Source of the DNA: a virus
Reading direction: 5' to 3' (one strand)
DNA: 64,000 bases
Virus record (IMG/VR): IMGVR_UViG_3300025009_000004
Coordinates: 1-64,000 of that record
Positions 40,381 through 51,744 of the stretch are shown in pieces. The notes beneath the pieces are model-generated. The model was not told the DNA's origin. It did no database searches and saw nothing but the letters and a program-made list of their open reading frames with translations. The position numbers and the translations under genes are program-made. The first letter of the stretch is position 1. Every line of letters starts with the position of its first letter.

Positions 40381-41802
40381 ATGCCAGATATAGTAGATAT
40401 AAATTCTCAGATCGCTGATTGTCCTATCGACTTATCTGGCGACCCCGTAATACAGAGTGAAGTTGACTTACTGTGCTTAATATCAGATTATCCTACATCA
40501 ATAGAATCAATAGCGCCAAATATACCGGATGAAATGATAAGCAATAGCGCAGTTGGAAAGTTAATTAAGGCTGTATTAAGAGGGCAACAGCAAATTACGC
40601 ATTCGATAGTAGAAGAGACTGTTAATAATCCGATTTACAATGTTAAACGTAGCGTGTTTAAAATCTCAGATGTTCCTAAAATAATAGAGGCACTGCTATC
40701 GCATTATAAGCATAGATTCTTTACAAAGAAGCTGCCACAATCGTTATTAGCATGCAAATCACTATCGGATGCTGTAAGTAATATTAATGACGCTTATACA
40801 ATCGCCTTAACGGGGTTAGCCAAATACGAAGTTAAAGACAATAGCCTTTATGCCGGCGATTTCATGTCATATATCAACCGTAAGGAAGATATATATAAAA
40901 CAGGAATTAGAGTAATTGATAATTTAATAACAGCTCGTGGCATTGCATTATCTCAACTTATAACACTTGCAGCCGATACAGGCGTTGGTAAAACACTAAT
41001 CGCCGTGCAAATTCTTGAATATATCGCACAAATGTATAATGTGCCGTGCTGCATGTTTTCACTTGAAATGCCAATTGAGCAAATGCTATCTCGCAGAATA
41101 GTTCATTACCTCAACGGATGCATAACAGCAGATCAGCTTATACGAAAAGAAATACCAGATGAGAGATTCCTTGAGATAGAGCAATCAGCAATACAAATGG
41201 CTAAAACACCAATATTCATAAGAGATGATTTATATAACTATTCCGATATAACAAACGCAATACGAGCAATGGTTCCTAAGGGTTTTAAATTCTTTGTAAT
41301 CGATTTATTACAGTTAATCAAGATGCCTGGCTCTAAGTTATCAGAGCGCGAACGCATAGATTGGATTACATCAGAACTTAAAATATTAGCAAATAAATAT
41401 AAAGTAACAATATTCTTGGTTAGTCATCTACATCGTAAAGATGATATCAAAATGAGAACAGATGGCTCAATAGTTCAAAGAGAACCTGGCTTGGCAGATT
41501 TAAAAGGAGCCTCTGGTATTGAGCAGAATAGCGATAAAGTTATGATGCTCTGGTCTCCAGAGGTAGTAAATCCGAAGACAGATAATCCGAATATGTATCG
41601 TTATCTTAAGTTTGGATTGAAGAAGGATAGGTTCGGCAGAGAGTTTAGCATATGGCTGAAACACAATACAATGAGTGGAGTAATTGAAGAATGTATTCAG
41701 CAAGATATAATCTATATCGAGTCTATGATTAATTTACAGAACTCTAAACAAAAACAAAATAATTTCAAAACGTATCAAAAACAATTTAATGAAGGAGAGT
41801 AA
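40381..41802 (+). CDS. dnaB: DnaB-like replicative helicase
   Basis: AADTGVGKT, FSLEM, VIDLLQL, DLKGASGIEQNSD, K.RFG. Confidence 0.9.
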   Translation: MPDIVDINSQIADCPIDLSGDPVIQSEVDLLCLISDYPTSIESIAPNIPDEMISNSAVGKLIKAVLRGQQQITHSIVEETVNNPIYNVKRSVFKISDVPKIIEALLSHYKHRFFTKKLPQSLLACKSLSDAVSNINDAYTIALTGLAKYEVKDNSLYAGDFMSYINRKEDIYKTGIRVIDNLITARGIALSQLITLAADTGVGKTLIAVQILEYIAQMYNVPCCMFSLEMPIEQMLSRRIVHYLNGCITADQLIRKEIPDERFLEIEQSAIQMAKTPIFIRDDLYNYSDITNAIRAMVPKGFKFFVIDLLQLIKMPGSKLSERERIDWITSELKILANKYKVTIFLVSHLHRKDDIKMRTDGSIVQREPGLADLKGASGIEQNSDKVMMLWSPEVVNPKTDNPNMYRYLKFGLKKDRFGREFSIWLKHNTMSGVIEECIQQDIIYIESMINLQNSKQKQNNFKTYQKQFNEGE

Positions 41803-41804
41803 CA

Positions 41805-42326
41805 ATGAACAACCAGATGAAACCCCAGTTAATCCTTACCGCTTGCAATTTCGAGGTTAAACAGACACAGGCTGGCACCAAAATTAATGTAATGATGCTT
41901 TTCAACGACCTTATATATCTTAAAGGCGAATTGAAAACCAAAAAAGATGGTGGCATATGGCTTGAGATCGCTAATGCACCGTGGAAAACAACCGAAGGCA
42001 AATGGAACAACAACTATCGTGGTGGCGTAGCAAATGAAGATTTCAAAAAGAATCTTGAGGCTCAGGTAATCGCTAATTATCAGAGTGGTCAGGTTTCTAT
42101 TATAATGCCGAATATGAGAACTAATTATGATGCCGCGACTTATCTGCATCCTAGAGTTCCCGCACAGCCTCCCGTTCAGGGTCAGCAGCAGTTTAATCCT
42201 CAGCAGTATCAGCAGCCTCAGCCGCAGCAGTATGCTCCGCAGAATCAGTATCAGCAACAGGCACTTCCTCCGGCCCAGCCGCCCGTATATCCGCAGGGCA
42301 ATAATAATCAGCATTGGGGCGTATAG
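41805..42326 (+). CDS. Putative ssDNA-binding protein (SpoVG/SSB-like) with Q/P-rich tail
   Basis: Small beta-rich N-domain plus disordered tail, next to the helicase. Confidence 0.4.
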   Translation: MNNQMKPQLILTACNFEVKQTQAGTKINVMMLFNDLIYLKGELKTKKDGGIWLEIANAPWKTTEGKWNNNYRGGVANEDFKKNLEAQVIANYQSGQVSIIMPNMRTNYDAATYLHPRVPAQPPVQGQQQFNPQQYQQPQPQQYAPQNQYQQQALPPAQPPVYPQGNNNQHWGV

Positions 42327-42349
42327 TCAATCTAATAACCAAATAAGAG

Positions 42350-42384
42350 ATAGAGGCGAGAGCGATCTCGCTTCTATTTTATTT
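42350..42384 (+). terminator. Hairpin/terminator
   Basis: ATAGAGGCGAGA-GCGA-TCTCGCTTCTAT then T tract. Confidence 0.6.
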
Positions 42385-42393
42385 AAGGAGCAA

Positions 42394-42687
42394 ATGATGT
42401 TAGAAAAAAATATAGTTCTATGCCCTAAGTGCAAACAAAATACATGGCAGGACTCAGTCGAGTCTGGTATAGTAAGTGCAATAATGTTTCCAGATTTATC
42501 AGAGGTAAATGTCTGTGTGTATTGCAGGAGATGTAATAAAATATTTAACGTATGCTATGACGAGCCGGCCATACTTGAAATGACGAAGATACAATATGTA
42601 ATATGGAAGAAAACACAGCAACCGGAAGTTGTTAAGATATCGAGGAAGAAAGAAAAAGTAATAGAAGAAAAGCCGTCATTGTTTTAA
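42394..42687 (+). CDS. Zinc-finger protein
   Basis: AAGGAG RBS; CPKC...CRRC. Confidence 0.6.
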   Translation: MMLEKNIVLCPKCKQNTWQDSVESGIVSAIMFPDLSEVNVCVYCRRCNKIFNVCYDEPAILEMTKIQYVIWKKTQQPEVVKISRKKEKVIEEKPSLF

Positions 42688-42697
42688 AGGAGCAAGC

Positions 42698-45600
42698 ATG
42701 ATACATTCTCATATTCACACATGCTTTTCCGCTAAGGACTCTCTTGTTCGTATTAAAGACTTAGTTAAATCGGCTAAGGATCGCGGATATAAAGCATTGG
42801 CAATTACAGACCATGGTTCAATAGGAGGCTCTCTTGATTTTTACGATGAATGTATCGCTAACGATATTAAGCCTCTTATTGGATGCGAGTTCTACTTAAA
42901 ATCAGAAACTAAACTAACCACAAATTCACAAGAACGCATGCATATTATTGTGATATGCAAGAATAAAGCAGGTTGGAATAATTTACTCAAACTATTTAAA
43001 CTATCACATATTAACTCGCATTATGTTCCTTTAACTTCATTCGATGACTTGGCAAACCATAGAGAAGGATTGATCTGTACGACAGCATGCTTTGCAGGGC
43101 CGTTAGCAACGCCCATCATGAACTCACGACCTGACTTAGCCATTGAGAATTTAGGGCGCCTTAAATCAATCTTTAAAGATGATTTGTATTTAGAATTACA
43201 GCCCAACTCACTACCATCGCAGCAAACAATAAACAATAATATTTATAAATTAGCGATTGAACACGAATTGCCTTATATTATTGGCATAGACACACATTAT
43301 ATGAACTTATCCGAGGCGAAGGCACAAGAAACATTACTTGGAATTAACATGAGAGCCACGATACTTGACCCCAAGAAAAATGCAGAGGCAGAAAATAAAG
43401 AAGAAGATGGAACCGGAGCAAAGAAAAAATATCGATTCGCGTTCGATAGTCATGACTTCTGGTTTATGACCGAGGAAGAGTTATATAAGCTATGGGATGA
43501 GAACCATAAGGAAATAGGCAAAGGCGTCGAAGAAGGAGATGCACCACATATAATAGCATTAATAAAAGCATTAGATAACGGGCAAGCAATGGCAGATAAA
43601 GTTGAAACATTCTCTATTTATCCGGATAGGTCAAAACTGAATATGACCTATGATATGACGGCAATAAGCGATAGAGAATTTAATCACTTCTTAGAAATAG
43701 ATACAGAACATAAAACACAGCCATTATCGTTAAAATTCTTAAGATATTTGTGTCATGTTGGTATTAAAGAAAAGGGAATCCTCGATAAGCCTAATGCTCA
43801 AGAATATATCGATAGAGTTAGACACGAATTAAAGGATATTGAAGAGGCAAATATCTATGATTACTTATTAATTGTGTGGGATTTAATGAAGTGGTGCCGT
43901 GAAAACTCAATAGGTACAGGGGTGGCCAGGGGTTCTTCGGCGGGGAGCCTTTGCACATATCTTATGGATATTCATGGCGTTGATCCAGTTCAATATGGAT
44001 TATTATGGGAGAGATTCTATAATGCAGGGAGAAAAGGCAGTCTCGCAGACATCGACATCGATTTCAGCTCTTTGCTTAGAGCAAATGTTATAGAATATCT
44101 TGTAACTAAATATGGTATAGATAAAACATCAATGATATGTAATTTCTCTTTCTTTCGCCCCAAATCAACATTTAAATCAGTATGTAAATTTTATGGCGTT
44201 ACATATGAACAAGTTAATGAAGCATTAAAAGATGGCCGCCATATTGAAGAAGAGGAAGAAGATGTTATAGAACAATCTGAAATTAACTTATCTGTTGTTA
44301 AAAAAGAAATGCAAGAACTATTTACTATTAAAGCAGTCAATGAACTATTAGATTCTAATCCATATACCGAGGATATCAAACGAGATTGTATGGCAATTGT
44401 TGGATGCATATCTAATAAATCAGTTCATGCCTCTGGTATCGTTATAGCGTCTGATAGTTTAGAAAATTTATGCCCCACGATGACAAATAAATCTAAGAAT
44501 GAAGCAATGTCAGCAATACAGCAAACCACAGAATGGGACATGAAGATGTTAGATCGTGCTGGCTTTATGAAATTAGATATATTGGCACTTAAAACAGTTG
44601 ATATAATAAATGATACAATCAAGAGCATTAACAAACCAGAACATACGATGCACTCATGGAAGATGTTGGATAAGACTGACCCAGAGGTTCTCAATCTATT
44701 CACAACCGGACAAACGTCTGGTGTATTTCAATTTGATTATGGCAAAGAGTTACAGAGATTATGTCTTGAGTTTAAACCTAAATCATTTGCAGATATATGC
44801 GCTCTTACTGCACTTGGACGCCCTGGTGCCAAAATGTTCCTTGAGCAATACATGAGAAACAGAACAAAAGCAGAACATGAAATAGTTTTAGAAGACCCCT
44901 TGCTTAAACCAATACTTCACGAGACTAATTATGTGTTGGCGTATCAAGAGCAACAGATGGCAATAGCAAAAGACTTGTGTGGCTTTAATCTTAAGGAAGC
45001 AGATGATTTACGAAAGATTATTGCTAAGAAACAGGAAAGCAAAATACCAACAATGAGGCAGAAGTTTATTGATGGATATGTTAAGCGTACTGGCAAAGGG
45101 GATATAGCGATAAAAATATGGGACGCTTACTTCTCTAATTGCGAATATCTATTTAATAAATCTCATGCCGTAGCATATTCATTCAATTCATATGCAACCG
45201 CGTATTACAAACGATATTATCCTATTGAATTTATGGCCGCTGTTATAGATGCTAACAATGATGGAAAGCGTGAAGCAGTTGTTCCTTATATTCATGAATG
45301 TATGAGGATGAAGATACCGATTCATACGCCGAACATAAGGTTCTCGCCGGCAATAACATATGGAGATAAAGAGAATAAATCAATCTATCTTGGCTTAAAT
45401 ACAATAATGGATATGTCAAATCAAATGGCAGCTAAATCGACTAAGATGGAAAGTGATAACGATTTAATTGATTTATTGTTTAATATGCCTAAGTCTCAGT
45501 ATGAAGCGATGATATTATCTGGCGCCTGTGATACATTAATTAAAGGAATTAATCGTCGCTCGTTACTTGAAACGGTTAGCAGTTATCATAAACTTAAAGC

Positions 45601-46165
45601 AGAATGGTCAGAGTATAGCAAAAAGATGCGCGAGTATAAATCTAAAATAGAAATAGCAACAGCTAAAGGAAAGAAAACATCTGCTAAAGAGCCTAAGCGC
45701 CCTGTTTTAGATATGTGTCATGCCCATGAGTTTCCAATAATGGACATGAGTGATTTTACAGACCGTGAAAAAATAGCGCATGAAATTGAGTATCTTGGAT
45801 ATAGTCCAAGTGACCCTGACTTTAAATATATGCCTTATATCCTTGGGACAACGATACATAGCTATCGACAGAAAGATGCACTAAAGGATAACGATATAGT
45901 ATTTATGTATGGTGAAGTAACAGATGTAAAGGAAAAGAAAACAGCGAATGGCAACAACATGTATTCATTGCGAGTACAGCCTAAAACAATGACATATGGC
46001 TTTTATGCTACATGTTGGGATAATAAGTTTAATGCAGATAAATTAACAATAGGGAGTAAATTTATATTCCAGATGAAAGTAAACGAGTATATCGGAAGAG
46101 ATAAAACATTGGTTAAAGGGTTTAATATAATGGATTATAAGGAGGCCAAAGAAATATGGAAGTAG
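42698..46165 (+). CDS. dnaE: DNA polymerase III alpha subunit
   Basis: PHP domain HIHT/TDHG, RGSSAGSL, DIDIDF, HASG, KLDIL, FNKSHAVAY, C-terminal OB fold. Confidence 0.97.
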   Translation: MIHSHIHTCFSAKDSLVRIKDLVKSAKDRGYKALAITDHGSIGGSLDFYDECIANDIKPLIGCEFYLKSETKLTTNSQERMHIIVICKNKAGWNNLLKLFKLSHINSHYVPLTSFDDLANHREGLICTTACFAGPLATPIMNSRPDLAIENLGRLKSIFKDDLYLELQPNSLPSQQTINNNIYKLAIEHELPYIIGIDTHYMNLSEAKAQETLLGINMRATILDPKKNAEAENKEEDGTGAKKKYRFAFDSHDFWFMTEEELYKLWDENHKEIGKGVEEGDAPHIIALIKALDNGQAMADKVETFSIYPDRSKLNMTYDMTAISDREFNHFLEIDTEHKTQPLSLKFLRYLCHVGIKEKGILDKPNAQEYIDRVRHELKDIEEANIYDYLLIVWDLMKWCRENSIGTGVARGSSAGSLCTYLMDIHGVDPVQYGLLWERFYNAGRKGSLADIDIDFSSLLRANVIEYLVTKYGIDKTSMICNFSFFRPKSTFKSVCKFYGVTYEQVNEALKDGRHIEEEEEDVIEQSEINLSVVKKEMQELFTIKAVNELLDSNPYTEDIKRDCMAIVGCISNKSVHASGIVIASDSLENLCPTMTNKSKNEAMSAIQQTTEWDMKMLDRAGFMKLDILALKTVDIINDTIKSINKPEHTMHSWKMLDKTDPEVLNLFTTGQTSGVFQFDYGKELQRLCLEFKPKSFADICALTALGRPGAKMFLEQYMRNRTKAEHEIVLEDPLLKPILHETNYVLAYQEQQMAIAKDLCGFNLKEADDLRKIIAKKQESKIPTMRQKFIDGYVKRTGKGDIAIKIWDAYFSNCEYLFNKSHAVAYSFNSYATAYYKRYYPIEFMAAVIDANNDGKREAVVPYIHECMRMKIPIHTPNIRFSPAITYGDKENKSIYLGLNTIMDMSNQMAAKSTKMESDNDLIDLLFNMPKSQYEAMILSGACDTLIKGINRRSLLETVSSYHKLKAEWSEYSKKMREYKSKIEIATAKGKKTSAKEPKRPVLDMCHAHEFPIMDMSDFTDREKIAHEIEYLGYSPSDPDFKYMPYILGTTIHSYRQKDALKDNDIVFMYGEVTDVKEKKTANGNNMYSLRVQPKTMTYGFYATCWDNKFNADKLTIGSKFIFQMKVNEYIGRDKTLVKGFNIMDYKEAKEIWK

Positions 46166-46884
46166 TTATCAAGAGTATAACAACAGATAATTTAACTAAA
46201 TACATCGCTGAATTTGCGAGAGTGTGTTATCGCCGTGATGAAAAAGAATCAACAGCCGACCAGGATTTAAATAGATGTATTAGTTTATGGAAAATGGGGC
46301 ATGGCACTCCATTTGAATCAATTAATATCGACTTCCTTGTCAAAAATGTAAGTAGAAATTTATTGGCACAGATAACGCGATATAGGCATACATCCCCAAA
46401 TGTTGAGAGCCAGCGATATGTTACCTATCGGGATGATATAGACTTTATTATTCCAGAGTCAGTAGAAAAATCATGCGCTTTAGCGAATGGAGAGTTTAAT
46501 GTTCATTCTTTTTTTGCTTATGCTCAAGACATGTATGTCGCTCTATTAGATGACGATATTAAGCCGGAAGACGCCCGTTGCGTATTGCCTGGCGCAACCC
46601 CAACAAGGTTTAGAATGGTAATGAATCTAAAAGAGTTTTTTCATATATATAAACAGAGGTCAAGCCCAGAGGCCCAGAAAGAAATAAGAGATTTAGTCGA
46701 GTTAATGCTCAACCGCTTGCATGAGAGCGTTGATAATAACTCTCAAAAACTGTTGACCTTTGTGCAGAAAAATGTTAAACTATCAATCAAAAGCCTTATT
46801 AAAGACATAGAAAATTTGTGTCTTGAAGACTATTATGTGCAAGAACTTTGGAAACTTTTAGATGAGTATAAGGAGCTGACATAA
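46156..46884 (+). CDS. thyX: FAD-dependent thymidylate synthase
   Basis: GHGTPFE, SR....QITRYR, ESQRY, EDAR.VLP, AQKEIR. Confidence 0.93.
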   Translation: MEVVIKSITTDNLTKYIAEFARVCYRRDEKESTADQDLNRCISLWKMGHGTPFESINIDFLVKNVSRNLLAQITRYRHTSPNVESQRYVTYRDDIDFIIPESVEKSCALANGEFNVHSFFAYAQDMYVALLDDDIKPEDARCVLPGATPTRFRMVMNLKEFFHIYKQRSSPEAQKEIRDLVELMLNRLHESVDNNSQKLLTFVQKNVKLSIKSLIKDIENLCLEDYYVQELWKLLDEYKELT

Positions 46885-47154
46885 TGGAATGCAAATCATC
46901 TTATTTCTTTTTTTCATGTGAAGACATACAGTACCTTAGCAAATATAACTTCGATAAGATAAGAGTGGATACAGTCGATAATTTTGGTAGATTCCAGGGA
47001 TATGAAGTTACAATATATGGCAATATCAATGCGATGATAGGCAATGGATGTAAATTAAAGGGATTTAAAGTGGATAAAGACGGTATGTCTGCCAAGCGAA
47101 TGTTTAAAGCGCAGGGCATGCCGGCGGATTTTATGAAAGATTAAGGAGAGTGTT

Positions 47155-48228
47155 ATGGGAGACCGTGATTTTACAAAAATAATAATGCCTAAGAAGGAAG
47201 AATGGTACAAAAATGGAATGGAGCATGTAAGCAATTCTAAAGTAGAATGTTATAGCATGTGTTCACTTAAATGGGCGCTCAAATATATTCTTAAAGAAAA
47301 AGAGCCTTGGAGCGATAACCTTGCGTTTGGTCAGGTTCATCATACGATCTGTGAAAAGATATTACTTGATGCTTATAATGATAAGAATTTCTATAAAACA
47401 GTTAATCAAGAGTATATCGATAAAGTATTAATACCAGAATGGCACAAGGCATTCGCTAAAGAGTTTGAGAATCATAATCTTGACAGTAAAGAGTACGAAG
47501 ACATTAAGAAGATGAGCTTTGGCTCCATTACAGTTGCGCTTAAATGGCTTGTTGAACAGGAATTTGAATTACTTTCTATCAAAGGCAACGATGGCAATAT
47601 GATACCGGCACAAGAATTTGGCGTTGGTGTTCCTATTGAAGACCCATCAACACGCAAATATCTCGATAGCCATTATTTGCAAGTATGGCCTGATGCAGTG
47701 GTTCGGGACAAGAATGGCGATATAATAATACTTGACCATAAAACAGCAGGGCGCAGATACACCGAAGATAAAATTAAAACGGCTATGCAGTTACCTTTAT
47801 ATGCCTATGCACTTAAAGATATACTAAAAGATAGTGGCTACGATTATAAGTTTAAAGTAGCATATGCGGTATTACTTAAACAGAAAAATATAGTAGTCGA
47901 GTATTATGAAAAAGACATTGATGGAGAAGATATCAACGCGGCGTTATACAAAATATGTATGGCTGTTGATGGTATCGAGAAGAAAGCCATAAGTGCCACT
48001 CCATTAGAAATGGCGCATTCATTCTGCGGCTTTAAGCGAAAATGTATGAAAGAAGATGGCGAATGCGTCAACTATAGATTAATAATGGAAATAACTAAAG
48101 GTGAATATGAACCGCCTAAAAAAGAAATAAAGATGGCAGAAGAAGTGGTAGCAAATGAAGAAGTTCAGGGAAATAGCAAGGAAAGCGATAGCACTTCCGT
48201 TAACGATAAAAACGAAGGATGGTGGTAA
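47155..48228 (+). CDS. PD-(D/E)XK exonuclease (RecB/Cas4-like)
   Basis: SNSK...Y..C, FGQVHH, PD, DHKT, QLPLYA. Confidence 0.85.
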   Translation: MGDRDFTKIIMPKKEEWYKNGMEHVSNSKVECYSMCSLKWALKYILKEKEPWSDNLAFGQVHHTICEKILLDAYNDKNFYKTVNQEYIDKVLIPEWHKAFAKEFENHNLDSKEYEDIKKMSFGSITVALKWLVEQEFELLSIKGNDGNMIPAQEFGVGVPIEDPSTRKYLDSHYLQVWPDAVVRDKNGDIIILDHKTAGRRYTEDKIKTAMQLPLYAYALKDILKDSGYDYKFKVAYAVLLKQKNIVVEYYEKDIDGEDINAALYKICMAVDGIEKKAISATPLEMAHSFCGFKRKCMKEDGECVNYRLIMEITKGEYEPPKKEIKMAEEVVANEEVQGNSKESDSTSVNDKNEGWW

Positions 48229-48422
48229 AACAGTGATTAACAAGGACATTAACAAACTGGCTCCGTATCCTAAATCAAAGGCACAGAAAGAATGTAAGCA
48301 CGAGCATTATCGTTTCTTAAACAGGAATGAACGTCGTAAGAAAGAGTTTGAGAAGATAGGCGCAGAAGCAGGGTGCTTAGATTGCGGGTGTTTATTCGTA
48401 AACATAAAAGATGAGGTGACCT

Positions 48423-48926
48423 TTGGAGATAAAAAATAGTTCTTGTCTTAACGATGCTTGCTGTGATATCTTCCAGAAGTTCGGAATTAATGGCAATACA
48501 ACATTCAAGGTATTAGAGTTTAAAATCGATGGTAGACCATTAATACTTAAGAACAATAAACAGATATTTGTTAACCCAGAAACAAATAGGCCAATAGTTC
48601 TTAAGAATAAAAACTACGAGGCAAATATTAAAGATGTTCACAAGGCTCTTGAAATACAGAGAATGAAGTATCGTAATGATATTGAATTTCCTATCAAAGT
48701 ATGCTTTGTAGCATATGAATTTCATTATGGCAATAAGATTATGGGCGATATCACTAACTTATATGAGGCGCCGAATGATGCCATGCAATATGTTGGCATA
48801 TTAGAAGATGATAAACTGATCGCTACTACATTGCCTTCATGTAGGATTATCGATAAGAAATGGGAAGGCTCAATAATAAGAATATATGTTCCAGATAAAC
48901 TATCTCATGTAGTAGAGGAGAAATAA
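48423..48926 (+). CDS. RusA-like Holliday junction resolvase
   Basis: G.P..LKN, DITNL....DAM...GILEDD. Confidence 0.7.
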   Translation: MEIKNSSCLNDACCDIFQKFGINGNTTFKVLEFKIDGRPLILKNNKQIFVNPETNRPIVLKNKNYEANIKDVHKALEIQRMKYRNDIEFPIKVCFVAYEFHYGNKIMGDITNLYEAPNDAMQYVGILEDDKLIATTLPSCRIIDKKWEGSIIRIYVPDKLSHVVEEK

Positions 48927-49381
48927 TGACTTGTTGTTCACAAAAACCAGTAACTATGAAGTTTAAGAAATTAAATCCTAATGCTCAGATTCCAATTAAA
49001 GCATTTTCTACTGATGCCGGCGCTGATTTAAAATCAGTTGCTAACCTAACAATCGAGGCTGGCAAGAATGCAATTGTGCCTACGGGCCTTGCAGTTGAAA
49101 TGCCAGAAGGTTGGGAGGCACAAGTAAGAAGTAGAAGCGGATTAGCCGCTAAGTCGCAAGTATCTGTCCAAAATGCGCCAGGGACTGTTGATTCAAGCTA
49201 TCGTGGCGAAATTGGCGTTATATTACAGAACTGTGGCAGTAAGCCATTCGTCATTAATATAGGCGATAGAATAGCACAGATTGTCTTTAAACAAGTTCCT
49301 ATGGTTGAATTTGTTGAATCGAATGATTTATCTGAAACAGATCGAAATTCTGGCGGATTTGGCCACTCAGGAGTAAGATAA
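48926..49381 (+). CDS. dut: Trimeric dUTPase
   Basis: AGADL, RSG, GTVDSSYRGE, RIAQ, GGFGHSG. Confidence 0.97.
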   Translation: MTCCSQKPVTMKFKKLNPNAQIPIKAFSTDAGADLKSVANLTIEAGKNAIVPTGLAVEMPEGWEAQVRSRSGLAAKSQVSVQNAPGTVDSSYRGEIGVILQNCGSKPFVINIGDRIAQIVFKQVPMVEFVESNDLSETDRNSGGFGHSGVR

Positions 49382-49944
49382 TGATAAAATTAACTAAAGA
49401 AGAAAAACTTCAAAAAAGACGAGAGTATCGAAAAAAAAATTTGGAAAGATTCAGGCAAAATGACAAGGATTTTTATCAAAGGCATAAAGAACGCCTTAGA
49501 GAATATAAGAAACAAAAAACAAAAGAATATAGCGAAGTGATGAAAAAATGGAAAAAAGAAACATCAGATAGAAATAAATCTATTTTATATTTAGGCATAT
49601 GTGAAGAGTGTGGATATAAGGGGACCACGCATCTACATCATATTGATAAATCAACTAAATCTTTTACTATTGGCCCTAAAGTTAATAGTAACACTAATAT
49701 TGATATTTTAATGGAAGAACGAAAAAAGTGCATCGAGTTATGTTGTTCATGCCATAGAAAACGACATCCAGAGATAATGAATAAGTGTAGGAAGAAAGTA
49801 AAAAATATTAGTTTAAACATGGAATTTAAATCTATAGCAGAAGCTGCGAGATATTTTAATATTAAATATCCGCATAAAATTAGTTTATGTTGTAAAAATA
49901 AAGAAATGACATGCGGAGGATTTAAGTGGGAATATATAAATTAA
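49381..49944 (+). CDS. HNH endonuclease with NUMOD1-like C-terminus
   Basis: CEECG...HHID...LCCSCH; FKSIAEAA, GGFKWEY. Confidence 0.85.
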   Translation: MIKLTKEEKLQKRREYRKKNLERFRQNDKDFYQRHKERLREYKKQKTKEYSEVMKKWKKETSDRNKSILYLGICEECGYKGTTHLHHIDKSTKSFTIGPKVNSNTNIDILMEERKKCIELCCSCHRKRHPEIMNKCRKKVKNISLNMEFKSIAEAARYFNIKYPHKISLCCKNKEMTCGGFKWEYIN

Positions 49945-49999
49945 ATAAATAGCCAAACATAGCGGGGGCTTCGGCCCCTGCTTAACATAAGGAGCGACC

Positions 50000-51667
50000 A
50001 TGATAAAAAATATATCACTGAAATCAATAGGTAAATTTAAAGATGTTTCGTTTGACTTGTCGGATAAAGTTAATATAATCACTGGTCCTAATAGGGCGGG
50101 AAAATCTACACTAAAGAACGCGATACAGTTTTCCTTAACTGGTGACTGCTCAGACCGTGATAAGAAAGATTTAATATCAACAATTGAACTTGGCAAAGCA
50201 GAGATATCAGCAGTAATTGATTACAAAGGCGAACACAAAATAGTTCGTAAACTTGAGCCGGCTTCAATAACTTATGATGGCATTAAGAAAGCGGTATCAA
50301 GAAAAAAAGACATTGATGCGTTAGAGGCAGAAGGCTTTAATAAATATGTATTAACAATGCTCTGTGATAACTATAATTTCTTCTTAATGTCACCGGAAGT
50401 TCAAGAGAAGATATTATTTAATTACTTCTCTGGCGATGCGGCTATTGATCTATCATCATATAAACTAAAGCCAGAAGAACTTAATGAGTTCTACGGTATG
50501 ACAAGCTCGACAATACCATTATTCTATAAGAAGTTCTACGATGAGCGCACATCACAGAAACATGTACTATCAACGATTAAAACAACAATACAGAATAATG
50601 AAGCAGCGATTAAAGAGCTTGGTGATAGCGTAGCATCACATGGTGATGTCGTTGCACAGAAAGAAAAACTTGAGAAATTATATACACAGATGTCGCAAGT
50701 TCCTCAGAATTTCTTCGCACAGCTAACGTCAACAAGCGAAATGCTCAAGGATGTAATGAGGCTGGCATATATGTCTGAATTTAAATCTCGTATAGATGCC
50801 ATTAACGCACAGAGGTTGGCGAATAAGAATAGCATAGATAAATGTTCTAGGTTTGCAGGGAAATGTCCGTTATCAGAAAACATTCCATGCTCATCTTCTG
50901 GTGCGATAAATGCCTATATAACGTCATTGGTTGCCGAGAATGCTAAATTAAAAGATGAAATCCAGGCACTGATCGCTTTAGATAAAGAAGCAGAGGATAA
51001 ATTTAAAGCCGAACAACAGGAAAGAATAAGACAGGCAACATTTGCTGTCAGCAATGCACAGAAAGAACTCGATGCCGCTGTTGCAATGAATACAAAGCAA
51101 AACGAATTAGCAGCAGAAAATAATTTAAAACTTAAACTTGAAATAGATAAACTTGACCTTATTCTAATTAACTTCGCTAAAATGGAACAGCTCGATAATG
51201 AGATACAGAAGTTAGAACAAGAAGAAAATAGAATTACAAAGCGCGTCGCTGATTTAGAAAGATATTTAGAGATAACCGGCAAAGGAACTAATGGGATCGT
51301 TGCTTCATCTGTTGGGTCTAATATCGATTCATTCTTTGAAGCAGTTAACGAACAGGCAAAAGAATTTGGTTTTGTTTTTGAAAAGAATCATGGAGTAACA
51401 GAGTTTGGCATTCTTGTTAATTCAAAGACAGTTAATATGTTGAGTTCATCAGAAAAAATAATAGCTTCCGTTGCAATTCAGGTTGCAATAGCAAAGATTT
51501 CAGGGTATAATATCATAATGGTTGATGATGTAGAAGTGATGGAGGCGAAGTACATAATGGACTTAGTAGAGAAATTATCCTACTCCAAAATACAGGCAAT
51601 TATTGTCGGACATAGCCTTCATTCTTCACTCTTTCAGCCTGACATGGTTAATATAATTCAACTTTAG
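50000..51667 (+). CDS. SbcC/Rad50-like ATPase
   Basis: GPNRAGKS, coiled coil with CPL....C hook, LSSSEK signature, IMVDD. Confidence 0.85.
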   Translation: MIKNISLKSIGKFKDVSFDLSDKVNIITGPNRAGKSTLKNAIQFSLTGDCSDRDKKDLISTIELGKAEISAVIDYKGEHKIVRKLEPASITYDGIKKAVSRKKDIDALEAEGFNKYVLTMLCDNYNFFLMSPEVQEKILFNYFSGDAAIDLSSYKLKPEELNEFYGMTSSTIPLFYKKFYDERTSQKHVLSTIKTTIQNNEAAIKELGDSVASHGDVVAQKEKLEKLYTQMSQVPQNFFAQLTSTSEMLKDVMRLAYMSEFKSRIDAINAQRLANKNSIDKCSRFAGKCPLSENIPCSSSGAINAYITSLVAENAKLKDEIQALIALDKEAEDKFKAEQQERIRQATFAVSNAQKELDAAVAMNTKQNELAAENNLKLKLEIDKLDLILINFAKMEQLDNEIQKLEQEENRITKRVADLERYLEITGKGTNGIVASSVGSNIDSFFEAVNEQAKEFGFVFEKNHGVTEFGILVNSKTVNMLSSSEKIIASVAIQVAIAKISGYNIIMVDDVEVMEAKYIMDLVEKLSYSKIQAIIVGHSLHSSLFQPDMVNIIQL

Positions 51668-51694
51668 GCAATTGGTTTTAAATTAATAACTGGG

Positions 51695-51725
51695 AAAGCG
51701 GCTGTGAAATATCAGTCGCTTTTTC
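51695..51725 (+). terminator. Intrinsic terminator
   Basis: AAAGCGGCTG/CAGTCGCTTT followed by TT. Confidence 0.6.
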
Positions 51726-51744
51726 ATACGAAAGAGGGAATGAA

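Noticed and set aside
47155-48228. Cas4 as part of a CRISPR-Cas locus
   Set aside because: No cas1/cas2 or array; the context is phage recombination.
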